Notes under the pieces: generated by a model
Seen by the model: only the letters and a program-made list of their open reading frames with translations
The model's database searches: none
Told to the model about the DNA's origin: nothing
Shown here: positions 1 to 14,503 of the stretch, piece after piece
Layout: every line of letters begins with the position of its first letter
How positions within the stretch are numbered: the stretch's first letter is position 1
DNA from: Octopus vulgaris
Lineage: Eukaryota
Length of the DNA stretch: 64,000 bases
Reading direction: 5' to 3'
Assembly (NCBI GenBank): GCA_951406725.2
Contig: OX597817.1
Location: 154,008,001 to 154,072,000 of the forward strand
Made by a program: the position numbers and the translations under genes

Positions 1-78
1 AATGCAACTCTCCATGGGATAAGATATATCCAATATACTGCTAGTGAAGCACCCAATATATATATATTCTGTGTTATT

Positions 79-305
79 GGTTTCAGTCCAGTCATTATAG
101 TGGGGCCATGCTGGAGCTCCACCTTAAAGGGTTTTAGTCGAACAAACCGACCACAGGACTTATTCTTTGTAAGCCGAGTACTTATTCTATCGGTTTGTTT
201 TACCGAACCGCTATGTTACAGAGCGGTATACATACAAACATCAATATGTATCAAGCGATGGTGGCGGAGGGACAAACACAGACACATAGATACATACATA
301 TATAT

Positions 306-338
<33 letters not shown>

Positions 339-340
339 CG

Positions 341-434
<94 letters not shown>

Positions 435-1053
435 CACACAACGGGCCTCTTTCAGTTTCCGTCTACCAAATCCACTCACAAAGGTGTGGTAGGCCTGAGA
501 TTGTAGAAGATACTTGCCAAATGTGCCACGCAGTAGAACTGAACCCGGAACCATGTAGTTGGGAAGAAAGTTTCTTACAACACGGTCACGTCTGCGCCTA
601 TGTACTTGACTATGTACTTCCTAACCACATAGTTCCACGGTTACTTCCTAACCACATAGTTTCGGTTTCAATCTTACTGCGTAACACGTTTGGCAAGTGC
701 CGCCTACTATAGTCTTGGACTGACCGAAGCCTCGTGAGTGGATTTGGTAGACAGGAACTGAAAATGGCTTGTTGTATATATGTGTGTGTGTATGCGTGTG
801 TGTGTGTGTGTGTGCTTGCGCGTGCGTGAGTATCTTTGTGTCTGCGTTTGTCCCACACACAAACACACACCACTTGACAACCGGTGTTGGTGTGTTTACA
901 TCCCCGTAACTTAGCGGTTCGACAATAGAGACAAATAGAGTAAGTACTCGGATCGATATATTCGAGTAAAAAGAAAAAGTTCTTTTGGCGGTGCCCCAGC
1001 ATGGCCGTAGTGGCCGTAGTCTAATGACTAAAAACAAATAGAAAAGATAAAAG
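79..1053. mobile_element. Two head-to-head copies of tRNA-derived SINE family C (internal microsatellite, tail actgaaacaagtaaaagag)
   Basis: About 79-600 (-) and 610-1053 (+) share the tgagtggatttggtagac-gaaactgaaa core with more than 15 other copies in the window. Confidence 0.8.
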
Positions 1054-2007
1054 AATATATATGTGTGTGTGGTGGGGTGGGGTGTATACATGCGTAAATC
1101 TTTATTTCTCTTCCTCTCTCTCTCTCTCTTTCTCTCCCTCTGATTATAACTATATATCTGTAAGCATATGTTTGTGTATAAATGTAGAGTAAGAGGAAAA
1201 AAAGAGAGACACAGAGAGAAAGAGAGGGAGAGCAACAGAGACGAGTGGAGACACATTACATACACAAGCACCTGTACTTCTGTGTGACAGTCAGTCAGCG
1301 AGTGTGTGTGGACTGTGGTGGGGGGCGAGCGCGCATGTGCATGCATGAGTGTGTATTCATTTGTATATATATGCACACCTGTGTTTTTCTATACGTGCAC
1401 AACTAATAGACATATATACATACGCATATATCTACGTATATGTATATATCTTTTTCTCCCCCTCTTCACCTTCATGTGTCTCCATCACCCCCCGCTTCTC
1501 TTTCATTATCAGTACGACGGTCAAACAGGTACAAACCCTTTAATCATGATAACTGCTTAAAATAACATTGTCCGAATTAAGTGACTGACTCCGTATCGGA
1601 GATTCCCGCTTCGGTAAGGAAGATCAGCATTTCCTTTATTTATTTATTTATTTATTTATTTATTCATTTGTCAAAAGTTAGAACTAGACTCTGATACATA
1701 GGCGAGAAAGAACACATCGTCTTCGCTTAGAAAACAGTAACGATTACATCAATCCATCACCAAGAGAGAACTGCGAAGAAATAGGATAATGACAGTGTAA
1801 ATAATGTGGATTATATATATTACCGCTTGAGATCTGTTGAAAGTTTGCTGTATATGAACAGAAATACGTGAAATAATAAAAGAAATTTGCTTATTTGTTT
1901 TCTACTTTCGCTTTCGGTATAATCTATTTAAAACAAATTTGACGTTTTATAAAATTAAAATATCTATTGATATTTAGTTTCTGTAATTACTGTCTTTCCG
2001 TTCTCAT

Positions 2008-2130
2008 TTCTTCTTCTTCTTCTTCTTCTTCTTCTTCTTCTTCTTCTTCTTCTTCTTCTTCTTCTTCTTCTTCTTCTTCTTCTTCTTCTTCTTCTTCTTC
2101 TTCTTCTTCTTCTTCTTCTTCTTCTTCTTC
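2008..2130. repeat. (TTC)n microsatellite
   Basis: Pure trinucleotide run; source of the poly-Ser ORF. Confidence 0.95.
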
Positions 2131-3301
2131 TTTACACTACTATTGTTATCATCATCGTCGTCGTCGTAGTCGTCCTTATTATTATTATTGCTGTTGTTGT
2201 TGTTGTTGTTGTTGGTGTTGCTGCTGTTGTTATTATTATTATTATTATTTTCCTGTAGGAGTGTCGATAGGCTGCGCGTACAATATTCAATATTTTCTCT
2301 CTTTCTTTTTTTCTCTCTTTTTCTTTTTTTTTTCTTTTTTCAGTCTTTCACACAAATCGGAACCGGAACACAAAAGGATGATGTATTGAAGAAAAAGGAA
2401 GAAGGTCTTCGAGTAGAAATAATTCTATGTTGTTGTAAAGATTGTCACGACTACTCGGAATATTCCGGCATTCTTAATATATACATATATATACATACAT
2501 ATATACACATACACACATATATATATATATGTATACTACGGTTATGGTGGTATCAAGAAACGAGGGAGAATAAAATAGCGGCATGATATTAATCAGACTA
2601 CTGCTTTGGGAATAGTGCAACTGGTTTCTAAATCATACATTCTTACTATCGACTGACGAAGAATTATCTGTTTGAATACAAAAAGAAAAAAAACAACAAC
2701 AACAAAAACAAAAAACAAAGAAGGAAAGAGAAACAAATTTATACACAAAAATTGCCAGGGTGGAATTCTGTTATTTATTTACATATTGTTATTTATGCCT
2801 TTTTGTTTGTTTTCTCTGGCCAACCGACATAGCAAAAGCAAAATCCAAGCAGAGGATTTCTTTACGGAGAGAGAACTAAGACTGTCTAAAAAGAAAAGAT
2901 ATCTAATTTCTGAATATAAACAAGACAACGAAAGGAAGAAATAATGGTTCGCTTCATGATGCGCATTATCTTTAAGAACACGCACCATTCAAAGATATAT
3001 CTCAAAAATGATTATTCGTGGGTTGACGATAAGTAAAAAAGCAAAACAAAAACAAAAAATATTCGTCATCGGTAAAAATCTAAACGATGTATAAATTTAA
3101 GAAAACCAATCAAAGAATGCAATTAAGTCATACAAAATAAATGTTTATTTAAATTTTAAAAAAAAAACGTATAAAAACCATTAAAGAAATTTCTTAGTTT
3201 TTGAAATAAGACGCATATCAAAAGAATACGTACATCCATTTATTTCAATGTCATAAAAAGAAATATATATATATAGATTATATAGATATATATATATATA
3301 G

Positions 3302-3575
<274 letters not shown>

Positions 3576-3725
3576 ACATACATACATACACATACACACG
3601 CACATACATATATACATATATATATACATTAAAATACAGTTTCTTCGTGACGCCAAGAAACTGGATCAAGGCAGCTGTTGCCAAAAAGAGGACAGTCTTA
3701 TGAAAGAGAAGAGGTGACGAAGAAA

Positions 3726-3818
3726 ATGTCAACACTAACGCAAAGCAAGAAATGTCAACTCGACGTGGATTCTTTAATAGAACAACTTCTGGCTGCCAAA
3801 AATCTTCCGTCTAAGCAG
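3726..3818 (+). CDS. PP1-like Ser/Thr phosphatase catalytic subunit, coding exon 1 (MSTLTQSKKCQLDVDSLIEQLLAAKNLPSKQ)
   Basis: ATG at 3726; LDVDSLIEQLL matches the PP1 N-terminal helix (LNLDSIIGRLL); donor CAG|GTGACG at 3819; phase 0 joins exon 2 in frame and colinear with PP1 (PGKN|VQL). Confidence 0.85.
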
Positions 3819-4205
3819 GTGACGTTTACCGATTCCATTTGTTTATCTTCACGTTTTGGATCTTTGTTTTAGCTAAGTGGATATGTATGTGTTTTCTTCT
3901 ATTTTTCGTTTTTTTTTTTTATATAATTTTTTGGTGGGAGCATGTATATATATTGATTCAATGATTCGTTTCAGATATATAAAGCTAATTAATAGAATAT
4001 CCTTCAATCAATTAATCCATCCATCCGTGCATACGCACACCCAGACATATATTTAATACTTATAGACATAACGCAAAAAGAAAAAAGAATACCAATAAGT
4101 ATGATGTCACTCGACAGCTGTCTTCAAGACATTCTATCATATTATCATGATTTCTATGGAACGAATATATTTTATGGCATGACATATGTATACATATCCA
4201 TATAC

Positions 4206-4299
<94 letters not shown>

Positions 4300-4348
4300 A
4301 TATACATACACACACACACATATATATATATACATACTCATATACATT

Positions 4349-4403
<55 letters not shown>

Positions 4404-4858
4404 GGCATCACAAAGAAGAATGAAGAATTATACACCTTCAAATATTATTTATTATAATATTATACATACCATATATACATATATGTGTAGATATATACAT
4501 ATATATGTAAATAAATATATATATGTATGTATGCATATATATATATATGTATATTATAAATACACATATATATACACGCATATACATACACGCATGCATG
4601 CGTACATACATACATACATACATACATACATACATACATACATACATACATAAATACATACATACATACATACATAATGCATACATACATATATGCATGT
4701 GTACGTACGTATATACGTATATGAAAATGCATTCATATAGTGTAGTGTTAGTGTAGTGTAAGATAGAGAGAAAGAGAGATAGATACAAAAATGGATAGAA
4801 ACGAGTCACTCGGTTTGATAAATGGATAGACAGTGTCAGTAGTAGGCAGAGAGACAAG

Positions 4859-4958
<100 letters not shown>

Positions 4959-5483
4959 AAGCAAAATGGATGTTCATATGCGACTATGTTCATGTGTGTG
5001 GGCGTGTGGTGTGCGTTGTGCGTTGTATGTATGTGCGTAGGTATCAATACAAGGAAAGAGAGATAGAAAAAGGCGGATAGATAGACAGAGAGAGGCAAAA
5101 TATTGGTTTCAAATTTTGTCACAATGTCGTCAATTTCGAGGCAGAGAGCAAGTTGATTTCATCGAACCCAGTGCTCAAAAGTACACCAATTTCGTGGCGG
5201 GGGCGGGAAGCCGATTATATCGACACAAGTATTCAACTAGTACACATTTTATCGTCTGCGGATGGATGAAAGGCAATGTCGAGCCTGGCGGCATTTGAAA
5301 CTAGAACTTAGACATAAACACAAACAAAATGCCTGCCGCTAGGTATTTTGCCCAGTGTGCTAACAATTCTGCCATTTCACCGCCTTAGAAAGGCAACATA
5401 TTTCCAAAAGAAATACTCAACCCACATACGTATATTTGGATTTCAATAATGTGTACTTAATAAATATTTAAATGTCTATCTAC

Positions 5484-5544
<61 letters not shown>

Positions 5545-5584
5545 CATCTATCCATCTATCTATCTATCTATCTAGCTATCTATC

Positions 5585-5752
5585 TTTTTTTTCTTTTTTT
5601 TCTTGTTCTTTTCTTCTCTTTTACGATCCCTCTTGATCGAAAACCTACGCCACCCCTTTTTTTTTCTTTTGTTTTTTTCATCCCCCAAAAGAAAAGCTCT
5701 ACCTTGTAACTTGTCCCATCTGTGTGCAGCCCTGTGTGGCCAATAAAGAAAC

Positions 5753-5755
<3 letters not shown>
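5585..5755 (+). mobile_element. Tx1/L1 LINE 3' end remnant in (TCTA)n
   Basis: Ends tgtcccatctgtgtgcagccctgtgtggccaataaagaaact(tatc)n, homologous to the 3' end of the element at 21709. Confidence 0.7.
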
Positions 5756-5817
<62 letters not shown>

Positions 5818-5837
5818 ACTATCTCTTTCTCTCTCTC

Positions 5838-5898
<61 letters not shown>

Positions 5899-5909
5899 GT
5901 GTGTGAGCC

Positions 5910-6070
5910 TTGCTAAAATATCTGAGGGATGTCACATGGAGTTGGGGTAGAGGGTTTAAAAAACAACAACTTGATCTCATGCTGTCCAAGGTCCCAGATG
6001 CACATATATCACGGCAAGAAACTCAAGAAAGGACAGCTGGGTCGAAATCCCCCCCTTTCACCAAAAGCCA
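5910..6070 (+). mobile_element. Degenerate CR1-like LINE ORF2 C-terminal fragment
   Basis: KYLRD...FKKQQLDLMLSKVPD..SRQETQ parallels the fragment at 46598-46815. Confidence 0.55.
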
Positions 6071-6194
6071 CTTTCAATATATATATATGTGTGTGGGTGT
6101 GGGTGCGTCTGTGCGTCTGTATGTATGTATATGTATATATTTATATATTATTTATATCATTTATATATTTATAATATATTATATATAGATAGAT

Positions 6195-6380
6195 AAGTTT
6201 CTTTATTGGCCACACAGGGCTGCACACAGATGGGACAAGTTACAAGGTAGAGCTTTGGGGGGGGGGGGTGAAAAAAAAAGGGTGGCGTAGGTTTTCGATC
6301 AAAAGGGATCGTAAAAGGGAAAAAAGAACAAAAAAGAAGGAAAAAAAAAGAAAGAAGGGAAAAGGAACAAAAGAAAGGTA
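6195..6380 (-). mobile_element. Tx1/L1 LINE 3' end remnant in (TAGA)n
   Basis: Reverse complement of 5585-5755. Confidence 0.7.
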
Positions 6381-6384
6381 GATT

Positions 6385-6430
<46 letters not shown>

Positions 6431-7160
6431 CAGACAGACAGACAGACAGACAGGCAGACGGATAGATAGATGGACGGACGGACAAACAGACGGGGAGACG
6501 ACAGACAGACGAACGGACAGACGAACAGACAGACAGACAGACAGACAGATAGATGCGTAAATATTTATATAAGGTTAGTAGTTAGAGGTTGGAATAACTC
6601 TACCGGCATAATTACTTGTGTTAACCCTGGACATACATATATACAAATATATTATGCTCATAGATTACAGGTAATGACAGGTAATGACATTTGTTTATCA
6701 GGAATCAAATTTAAAGTAAAGAGAAAATGGAGAAATATTGATCAACAACAATTATTACTTTTTTTAATCCAATACAAATAGACTCACATACATACATACG
6801 TACGTAAATACACACACACACAGATATATAATGTGTATGCGTGGCATGTGCGCATGCATGATTCTTGATACATAAGAGGCTGGTTTAAGGCGAAGTGATT
6901 CTCTTAACACCCGGCCACCCCCCAGAGTCCCCCCTAAAAATAGGTAACACTCAACCCTTCCACAGTTTAACTTACACATTGGTTTTGTGAATATGAAAAC
7001 AGTAAAAAAAAATGCAAATTTCTTCGATTTTCTTAAGGGTCCCATCATCCATCTGCATCTTTTGCGACGTAGTAAACCGGGTGGCAGGAAAAACGTGGCA
7101 ATATTCTGGTTTCCTCCTTATGGGACACTAAGCACGTGCTTTTCTTAATTCTTATTCCGA

Positions 7161-7255
<95 letters not shown>

Positions 7256-7338
7256 GTATATATATATATGTATATATATATATATGTATATATATATATG
7301 TATATATACATACAAACACATATATATATATATATATA

Positions 7339-8295
7339 GAAGGTCATAAATGAGGCGAGTGACCGGACATGCCTTCAGTCAGATCTACTGGCTGTTATCC
7401 AATGGGCAGAAAAAAACAATATGCTGCTGAACGAGGATAAATTTGAACTAATCCACTTTGGAAAAGAGGATGCCCTGAAACTCCCATACTCCCTTCCTTC
7501 AGGTGAAACTCTCGCGGCGTCCAACAACATCAGAGACTTGGGAGTAATTGTGGACAACAACATAAGCTGGGCCACTCATATAAACACCAAAGTTGACATG
7601 GCCCGCAGAATGTGTTCCTGGATTCTCAGAACTTTCCAGTCGAGAGATATCCACACCATTATCCTTCTCTTCACCACTTTTGCCCGACCCCACCTTGAAT
7701 ACTGTTGTCCACTGTGGTCTCCCCACACAATACAAGGTATCATAAAAGTTGAAGCACCTCAAAGGGCAATCACAAAAAAGATAGATGGCATGACAGGCCT
7801 CGACTATTGGGGTCGACTAGAAAAGCTAAAACTCTATTCTCTCCAACGTCGTCGTGAGCGCTACATCATCTGCATGATGTGGAAAATATTCCATCAGCAT
7901 TGCCCAAATGATGTTGGCATCACCTTCAAGGTACATCCAAGGCTTGGGCCCCGTGCCATCCGCCCAAAACAAAAATCGCACTCTCATCTCATGACAACAA
8001 TACGGCACAATTATTTCACCTCAATTGGCCCCGCTCTCTTTAACTATACACCAAAACACATTAAAATAGAAACTGACCCTATAGGGTTCAAGAAGTCTTT
8101 GGACAGATTCCTTCAAGAAATCCCGGATAAACCCCCTACACCCGGATATGTCTCTGTAAACAATAACTCTCTACTTGAGTGGGCCATAGTGCCCAAATTC
8201 TGACTTGAAAGACTTCACCAGGTGGTGCTATTAAGTTAGACATGGCCTGGGCCAATAATGGCCGAAACCTATCAAAGTATCAAAGTATCAAAGTA
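7339..8295 (+). mobile_element. 5'-truncated CR1/L2-group LINE (RT C-terminal half, 3' UTR, (ATCAAAGT)n tail) in (TA)n
   Basis: Open frame [24 protein letters not shown]...RDLGVIVD...RPHLEYCCPLWSP...LYSLQRRRER to the stop at 8203; tandem-repeat tail typical of CR1. Confidence 0.92.
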
Positions 8296-8400
8296 TATGT
8301 ATGTATATATATGTATATATATATGTATATATATATATATATGTATATATATGTATATATATGTATATATATATATGTATATATATACACACACATACAT

Positions 8401-8533
<133 letters not shown>

Positions 8534-8950
8534 TAAATATTTAACAACGATACTTATTTACATTCTGTTCACTTAACTTGGAGCTGTGCGGACTACACCG
8601 AACTGGCAAGGTACCTTAATTTAAGTACCTAATTCAACTGACTCTTAATTATATTCTATGTTTGTGTATGTGTGTGTGTGTGTGCACATGTTTATGTTTA
8701 TATATGTATGTACGTATATACATATATAAATATGTGATCTGTATGTATATATGTATGTATGTATGAACGTATGCATGTTCGCCCACTGGGAATGGAAGGC
8801 CCCCTCTGTTATCACAAAAAACTTTCTAGAGGTGGGAAACTCCGAGAGAAAACCTGCGACTCTGACAATAGTCGATGTCCATGTTCAGAGAGTGAAACTG
8901 GATTTGTGCAAATCCTTTCCTCACTAAAAAAACAAAATCATCCTGCTCGT

Positions 8951-9334
8951 GGAAGCACTCTGTCGGTTACGACGACGAGGGTTCCGGTTGATCCGAATCG
9001 ACGGAACAGCCTGCTCGTGGAATTAACGTGTAAGTGGCTGAGTACTCCACAGACACGTGTACCCTTAACGTAGTTCTCGGGGATATTCAGCGTGACACAG
9101 AGAGTGACAAGGCCGGCCCTTTGAAATACAGGTACAACAGAAACAGGAAGTAAGAGTGAGAGAAAGTTGTGGTGAAAGAGTACAGCAGGGATCACCACCA
9201 TCCCCTGCCGGAGCCTCGTGGAGCATTTAGGTGTTTTCGCTCAATAAACACTCACAACGCCCGGTCTGGGAATCGAAACCGCGATCCTACGACCGCGAGT
9301 CCGCTGCCCTAACCACTGGGCCATTGCGATCCAC
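8951..9334 (-). mobile_element. tRNA(Arg)-derived SINE family A
   Basis: A/B-box head tggcccagtggttagg...ggtttcgattccc; TSD CATCCTGCTC. Confidence 0.9.
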
Positions 9335-9469
9335 CATCCTGCTCAAACATCGCTTGAAAAACGAATAATCTATCACGAAAATGGTTGGTTGCAGTCTTCG
9401 CATTTGTGGGACTTCCCATCAGTCTGTGTCATTACGCGAACAAGAGTTTGCAGCCACCGTGTAAACCTC

Positions 9470-10288
9470 TTTCTCTTTTCTCTTTTACTTGTTTCAGTCA
9501 TTCGACTGCGGCCATGCTGGAGCACCGCCTTTTAGTCGAGCAACTCGACCCCGGGACTTATTCTTTTTGTAAGCCCAGTACTTATTCTATCGGTTTCTTT
9601 TTGCCGAACCGCTAAGTGACGGGGACGTAAACACACCAGCATCGGTTGTCAAGCAATGCTAGGGGAACAAACACAGGCACACAAACACACACACATACAT
9701 ATATATATATTCATATATACGACGGGCTTCTTTCAGTTTCCGTCTACCAAATCCACTCACAAGGCATTGGTTGGCCCGGGGCTATAGCAGAAGACACCTG
9801 CCCAAGATGCCACGCAGTGGGACTGAACCCGGAACCATGTGGTTGGTTAGCAAGCTACATACCACACAGCCACTCCTATCTCTTTCTCTTTTCTCGTTTA
9901 CTTGTTTCAGTCATTTGACTGCGGTCATGCTGGAGCGCCGCTTTTAGTCGAGCAAATCGACCCGAGGACTTATTCTTTGGAAGCCTAGTACTTATTCTAT
10001 CGGATCTCTTTTGCCGAACCGCTAAGTTACGGGGACGTAAACACACCACCATCGGTTGTTAAGCGATGTTGGAGGTGGGACAAACACAGACACACAAACA
10101 TATACAGACACATACACCTATATATACATATATAGGACGGGCTTCTCTCAGTTTCCGTCTATCAAATCCACTCACAAGGCTTTGGTCGGCCCGAGGCTAT
10201 AGTAGAAGACACTTGCCCAAGGTGTCACGTAGTGGGAATGAACCAGGAACCATGTGGTTGGTAAGCAAGCTACTTACCACACAGCCAC
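9470..10288 (-). mobile_element. Two tandem SINE family C copies
   Basis: About 9470-9877 and 9885-10288, both near full length. Confidence 0.88.
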
Positions 10289-10660
10289 ATGGAACATAGG
10301 AGAGCATGACACGAAGACACTACTTCTATAAATTTAGCCCAAAAGAAGGTAATACTCGATAACGAGTCCACAAGTAACCCTTTTTCTTTCAAAGTCGTTT
10401 TGTTAATGAGGTAATTATCTTCCAGTTATATCATTTTATTAAAGATTTTTCATAATTTCTATAATTCTTCATTAATCTTTTATATTATCTTTGAAATAAT
10501 AATGTTCGTGAGTCTATTAACGCATCAAGAACTTTCCGGTCCAATCATCTGAATGAAATTATCATAGAGGCATGCGTGTTTTGGTGTAGGTGGCAAGGCA
10601 TCATAGGAATGAAATTACTGATAAGTTCTTCGTCGCTGGATTTAACGGTTAGCTCTTGGT

Positions 10661-11070
10661 TAGCGGCGAGCTGGCAGAAACATTAGCACGCCGGGCGAAA
10701 TGCCTAGCTTTATTTCGTCTGCCGTTACGTTGTGAGTTCAAATTCCGCCAAGGTCGACTTTGCCTTTCATCCTTTCGGGCTCGATAAATTAAGTACCAGT
10801 TATGCACTGGGGTCGATGTAATCGACTTAATACCTATGTCTGTCCTTGTTTGTCCCCTCTGTGTTTAGCCCCTTGTGGGTAATAAAGAAATAGGTATTTC
10901 GTCTGCCGTTACGTTCTGAATTCAAATTCCGCCGAGGTCGACTTTCATCGTTTCGGGGTCGATTAAACAAGTACCAGTAAATCACTGGGGTCGATATGAT
11001 CGACTTAATCCCCTTGTCTGTCCTTGTTTGTCCCCTCTATGTTTAGCCCACTGTGGGCAATAAAGAAATA
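10661..11070 (+). mobile_element. SINE family B (Nin/Deu-domain-like core), internally dimeric
   Basis: Head gcggcgagctggcagaaac; core gcctttcatcctttcgg-gtcgataaattaagtaccag; body duplicated. Confidence 0.85.
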
Positions 11071-11464
11071 AATATCATGTTCAATTTTGTTTTGCATATT
11101 TTTCTTTTAAAATGGCTTCTCTAGTTCATAAACTGGATTTATTTTTTTGTGCGTTGAAATCTGGTGAAATTTTGTGGTATAATATCGTAGTGTTCTCAAC
11201 TAATGTATTTCTATCAAGGATTGTTTAATGTTCTGCATTCAGTAAAAGCTCATTGTCGTACTTGCATGATCCGCCGGCGACAAAGTGTTGCACTTGGTAT
11301 GTCCGATGAATCATAATATGTACATACACACATACACGCGTATAATTTAAAAAATAAAAATGTATGAAGCGACTCAAAGACCGAGAGTTTCATTCATTGG
11401 CGTATATATCACTCATATCAAGGTTTATATTACCAAATCTAGATATGTGTGCGTGCGCATGCGC

Positions 11465-11511
<47 letters not shown>

Positions 11512-11592
11512 GGTCCCGGGTTGAGTCGGGGTTAACCACAGTAAATAAGGTACTCAATACATAGCAGAGTAAATTAATTTATTTTATAGAAG

Positions 11593-11645
11593 GAGATTCT
11601 ACACGACTAGAACTGTTTCATTCAAAAGAAATCATCAGGAAGCTC
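11593..11645 (-). ncRNA. Hammerhead ribozyme motif (type I) in a palindromic PLE-like remnant
   Basis: Minus strand gagcttc-CUGAUGA-uuucuuuugaau-GAAAC-a..u-GUA-gaaucuc, then AATAAA; the mirror + copy has UUGAUGA. Confidence 0.6.
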
Positions 11646-11706
11646 TTGATGATTTCTTTTGAATGAAACAGTTCTAGTCCCGTAGAAGCTTCCTTCTATA
11701 AAATAA

Positions 11707-11763
<57 letters not shown>

Positions 11764-11912
11764 GGGGTAGAAAATATTTTAGTGGGGAAACACACGTGAT
11801 GGATATATATAGAAAGGGAAAAGATGAAAAAACACAGATTTGTTATAACAGGATTTAAGAGTATATTAGAGCCATGGTAATAAAGACATTATACAAGTTT
11901 GTAAAAAATTAG

Positions 11913-12130
11913 TGGAGGCGCGTGGCTTAGTGGTTAGTGTTCGATTCCTTGACCGGGTGACGCGTTGTGTTCTTGAGCAAAACACTTTATTTCACGTTGC
12001 TCCAGTCCACTCAGCTGGCAAAAATGAGTAACGCTGTGATGGACTGGCGTCCTGTCCACCTGGGGAACACATACGCCATAGAAACTGCGAAACCGAGCGC
12101 ATGAGCCTGGCTAGGCTTTAAAAGGGCGCA
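11913..12130 (+). mobile_element. tRNA-derived SINE family D (CORE-like body); related copy at 27140-27380
   Basis: ttcttgagcaaaacactttatttcacgttgctccagtccactcagctg body shared with 19277, 27140 and 62335. Confidence 0.75.
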
Positions 12131-12237
12131 TTTATTTATTATTATTGTAAAAAAAAAAGGTTTTGATCTTTCAACATAATTGAAGTAAGGGCCGGTTTCG
12201 CATTGCTCATCAAGCTGAGAGCTGAAGAAATTTATAC

Positions 12238-12285
<48 letters not shown>

Positions 12286-12341
12286 GTTGATTCGCTAGCT
12301 TCTGCACGCATTTTTTTCTCTCCTTGTTTCTTTTCTGTGTA

Positions 12342-12379
12342 TCTTTCTGTTGAAGAGCGTAGGCTCGAAACGTAAAAGA
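12342..12379 (+). ncRNA. Minimal hammerhead motif with core variant CUGUUGA, in a ~190-bp PLE pLTR-like element (12286-12478)
   Basis: ucuuu-CUGUUGA-A-GAGC-guag-GCUC-GAAAC-GUA-aaaga; helix I ucuuu/aaaga. Confidence 0.6.
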
Positions 12380-12834
12380 CTTGTTTTATTTATATTCCTG
12401 AGCGCCATACTAATACAATTGTTTGTTTGTATTCCACCTGCCTTCGTCTTTTGTTTATTTTCATAAAGCTTCCCGTTATATATATATATAAATGTACGTA
12501 TATATGTATGTATTTATGTATACATATATATATGTACGTATCACAGCGACATACATATAACACACGCACATACACTCACATATATAACACGCGCACATAT
12601 GTATACATGCATACACATACAGGTTTATATAGACACAGTCCTTATTTCTCAGAACACTAGCATTTCTGTAGAACGTAAATGCTGCTTCTAGTTTTACTAG
12701 AACTAATAGTTTAGACGTATTGAAACTGAAAGTTAACTGCAATATCTTTGCCAATATATCATTAGCGTTTCAGGCTAGGAAATATGGCCACAGACATTCC
12801 ACAGCTTACCACCCACTTATACATACATACATAC

Positions 12835-13460
12835 AGGAGTGGCTGTGTGAGGCGCAGGAGTGGCTGTGTGGTAAGTAGCTTGTTTACCAACCGGGTTCAG
12901 TCCCACTGCGTGGCATCTTGGGCAAGTGTCTTCTGCTATAGCCCCGGGCCGACCAAAGCCTTGTGAGTGGATTTGGTAGACGGAAACTGAAAGAAGCCCG
13001 TCGTATATATGTATATGTATATATATATGTGTGTTTGTGTGTCTGTGTTTGTCCCCCTAGCATTGCTTGACAACCGATGCTGGTGTGTTTATGTCCCCGT
13101 TACTTAGCGGCCATACTGGAGCACCGCATTTAGTCGAACAAATCGATCCCAGTACTTATTCTTTGTAAGCTTAGTACTTATTCTATTGGTGTCTTTACCG
13201 AACCGCTCAGTTAAGTGAATGTAAACATTCCAACGTTGTGTGTCAATCGATGGTGGGGGACAAACACAGACACACAAACACACACACACACATATATACA
13301 TACGACAGGCTTCTTTCAGTTTCCATCTACCAAATCCACTCACAAGGCTTTGGGTCGGCTCGAGGCTATAGTTGAAGATACTTGCCCGAGATAACACGCA
13401 GTGGGATGAGAACCCGATACCATATGGTTGGTAAGCAAGCTACTTACCACACAGCCACTA
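12835..13460. mobile_element. Convergent pair of partial SINE family C copies
   Basis: About 12835-13108 (+) abutting 13106-13460 (-). Confidence 0.8.
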
Positions 13461-14133
13461 CGCAAATATATATGTATGTGTGTGTGTGTATGTGTGTGCG
13501 CGCGCGTGTGTGTTTGTGTGTGTGTAAACATCTGCATATAGGTACGTATATATCTTTACGTACGTACCTACCTAATACAATATAAACACACGTATTTCAA
13601 ATATATTCAATGTAGCAGGAAATAGATAAATGGTGCGCAAACCTCAAACAAACGAAAATGAAAGTATCTGATTCTTTATACTGGCCAAATAGAATTGGCG
13701 GGAAATACTATGACAAGCTTAGCAGTATCAGCAGCTTTCGACATTTCCAGTAAAACAGACACTCGGAGAGAGCGTGGAGTTGGTGTCATGTAGCACCAAA
13801 TTCTTATTGTTGACTTATTGGTTTGGATATGGATAAGGACTGAGTCCACTACCCTTGCAGGTCTTTTGAGTCAAGTAGTCAATGCTACTGTGGACCAGTT
13901 GCAAGACGTTGCTGTATGTAAAATAGGGATAGTAGGAGTTCTTAGGACTGACTTTTTGGGGCTGGCGGACCGAGTTAATAGGGGGCCTGGGTATGTATGT
14001 TGTATTGGTGTCGTAGGAGATGAGGCCGGTGTGCCTGGATGAAGATGACACAAGACAGACCAAATCCGAGGCGCAGAAGCTGCAGTAGAGGAAGCAGAAA
14101 AAAATATTATGTGTGTGTGGGGGAGAGTGTGTG

Positions 14134-14195
<62 letters not shown>

Positions 14196-14419
14196 CGTAG
14201 GAGGGGCTGTGTGGTAAGTAGCTTGCTTACGAACCACATGGTTCCGGGTTCAGTCCCACTGCGTGGCACCTTGAGCAAGTGTCTTCTACTATAGCCTCGG
14301 GTCAACCAAAGCCTTGTGAGTGGATTTGGTAGACGGAAACTGAAAGAAGCCCTTCGTATGTATGTATGTATGTATGTGTGTGTGTATATATATATATCTA
14401 TATATATATATATATATAC

Positions 14420-14503
<84 letters not shown>

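Noticed and set aside
8938-9201. Recurrent ORF MVVIPAVLFHHNFLSLLLPVSVVPVFQRAG (also at 15051, 20302, 42116, 45864, 48691, 58216)
   Set aside because: It lies wholly inside SINE family A; recurrence reflects copy number, not a protein family.
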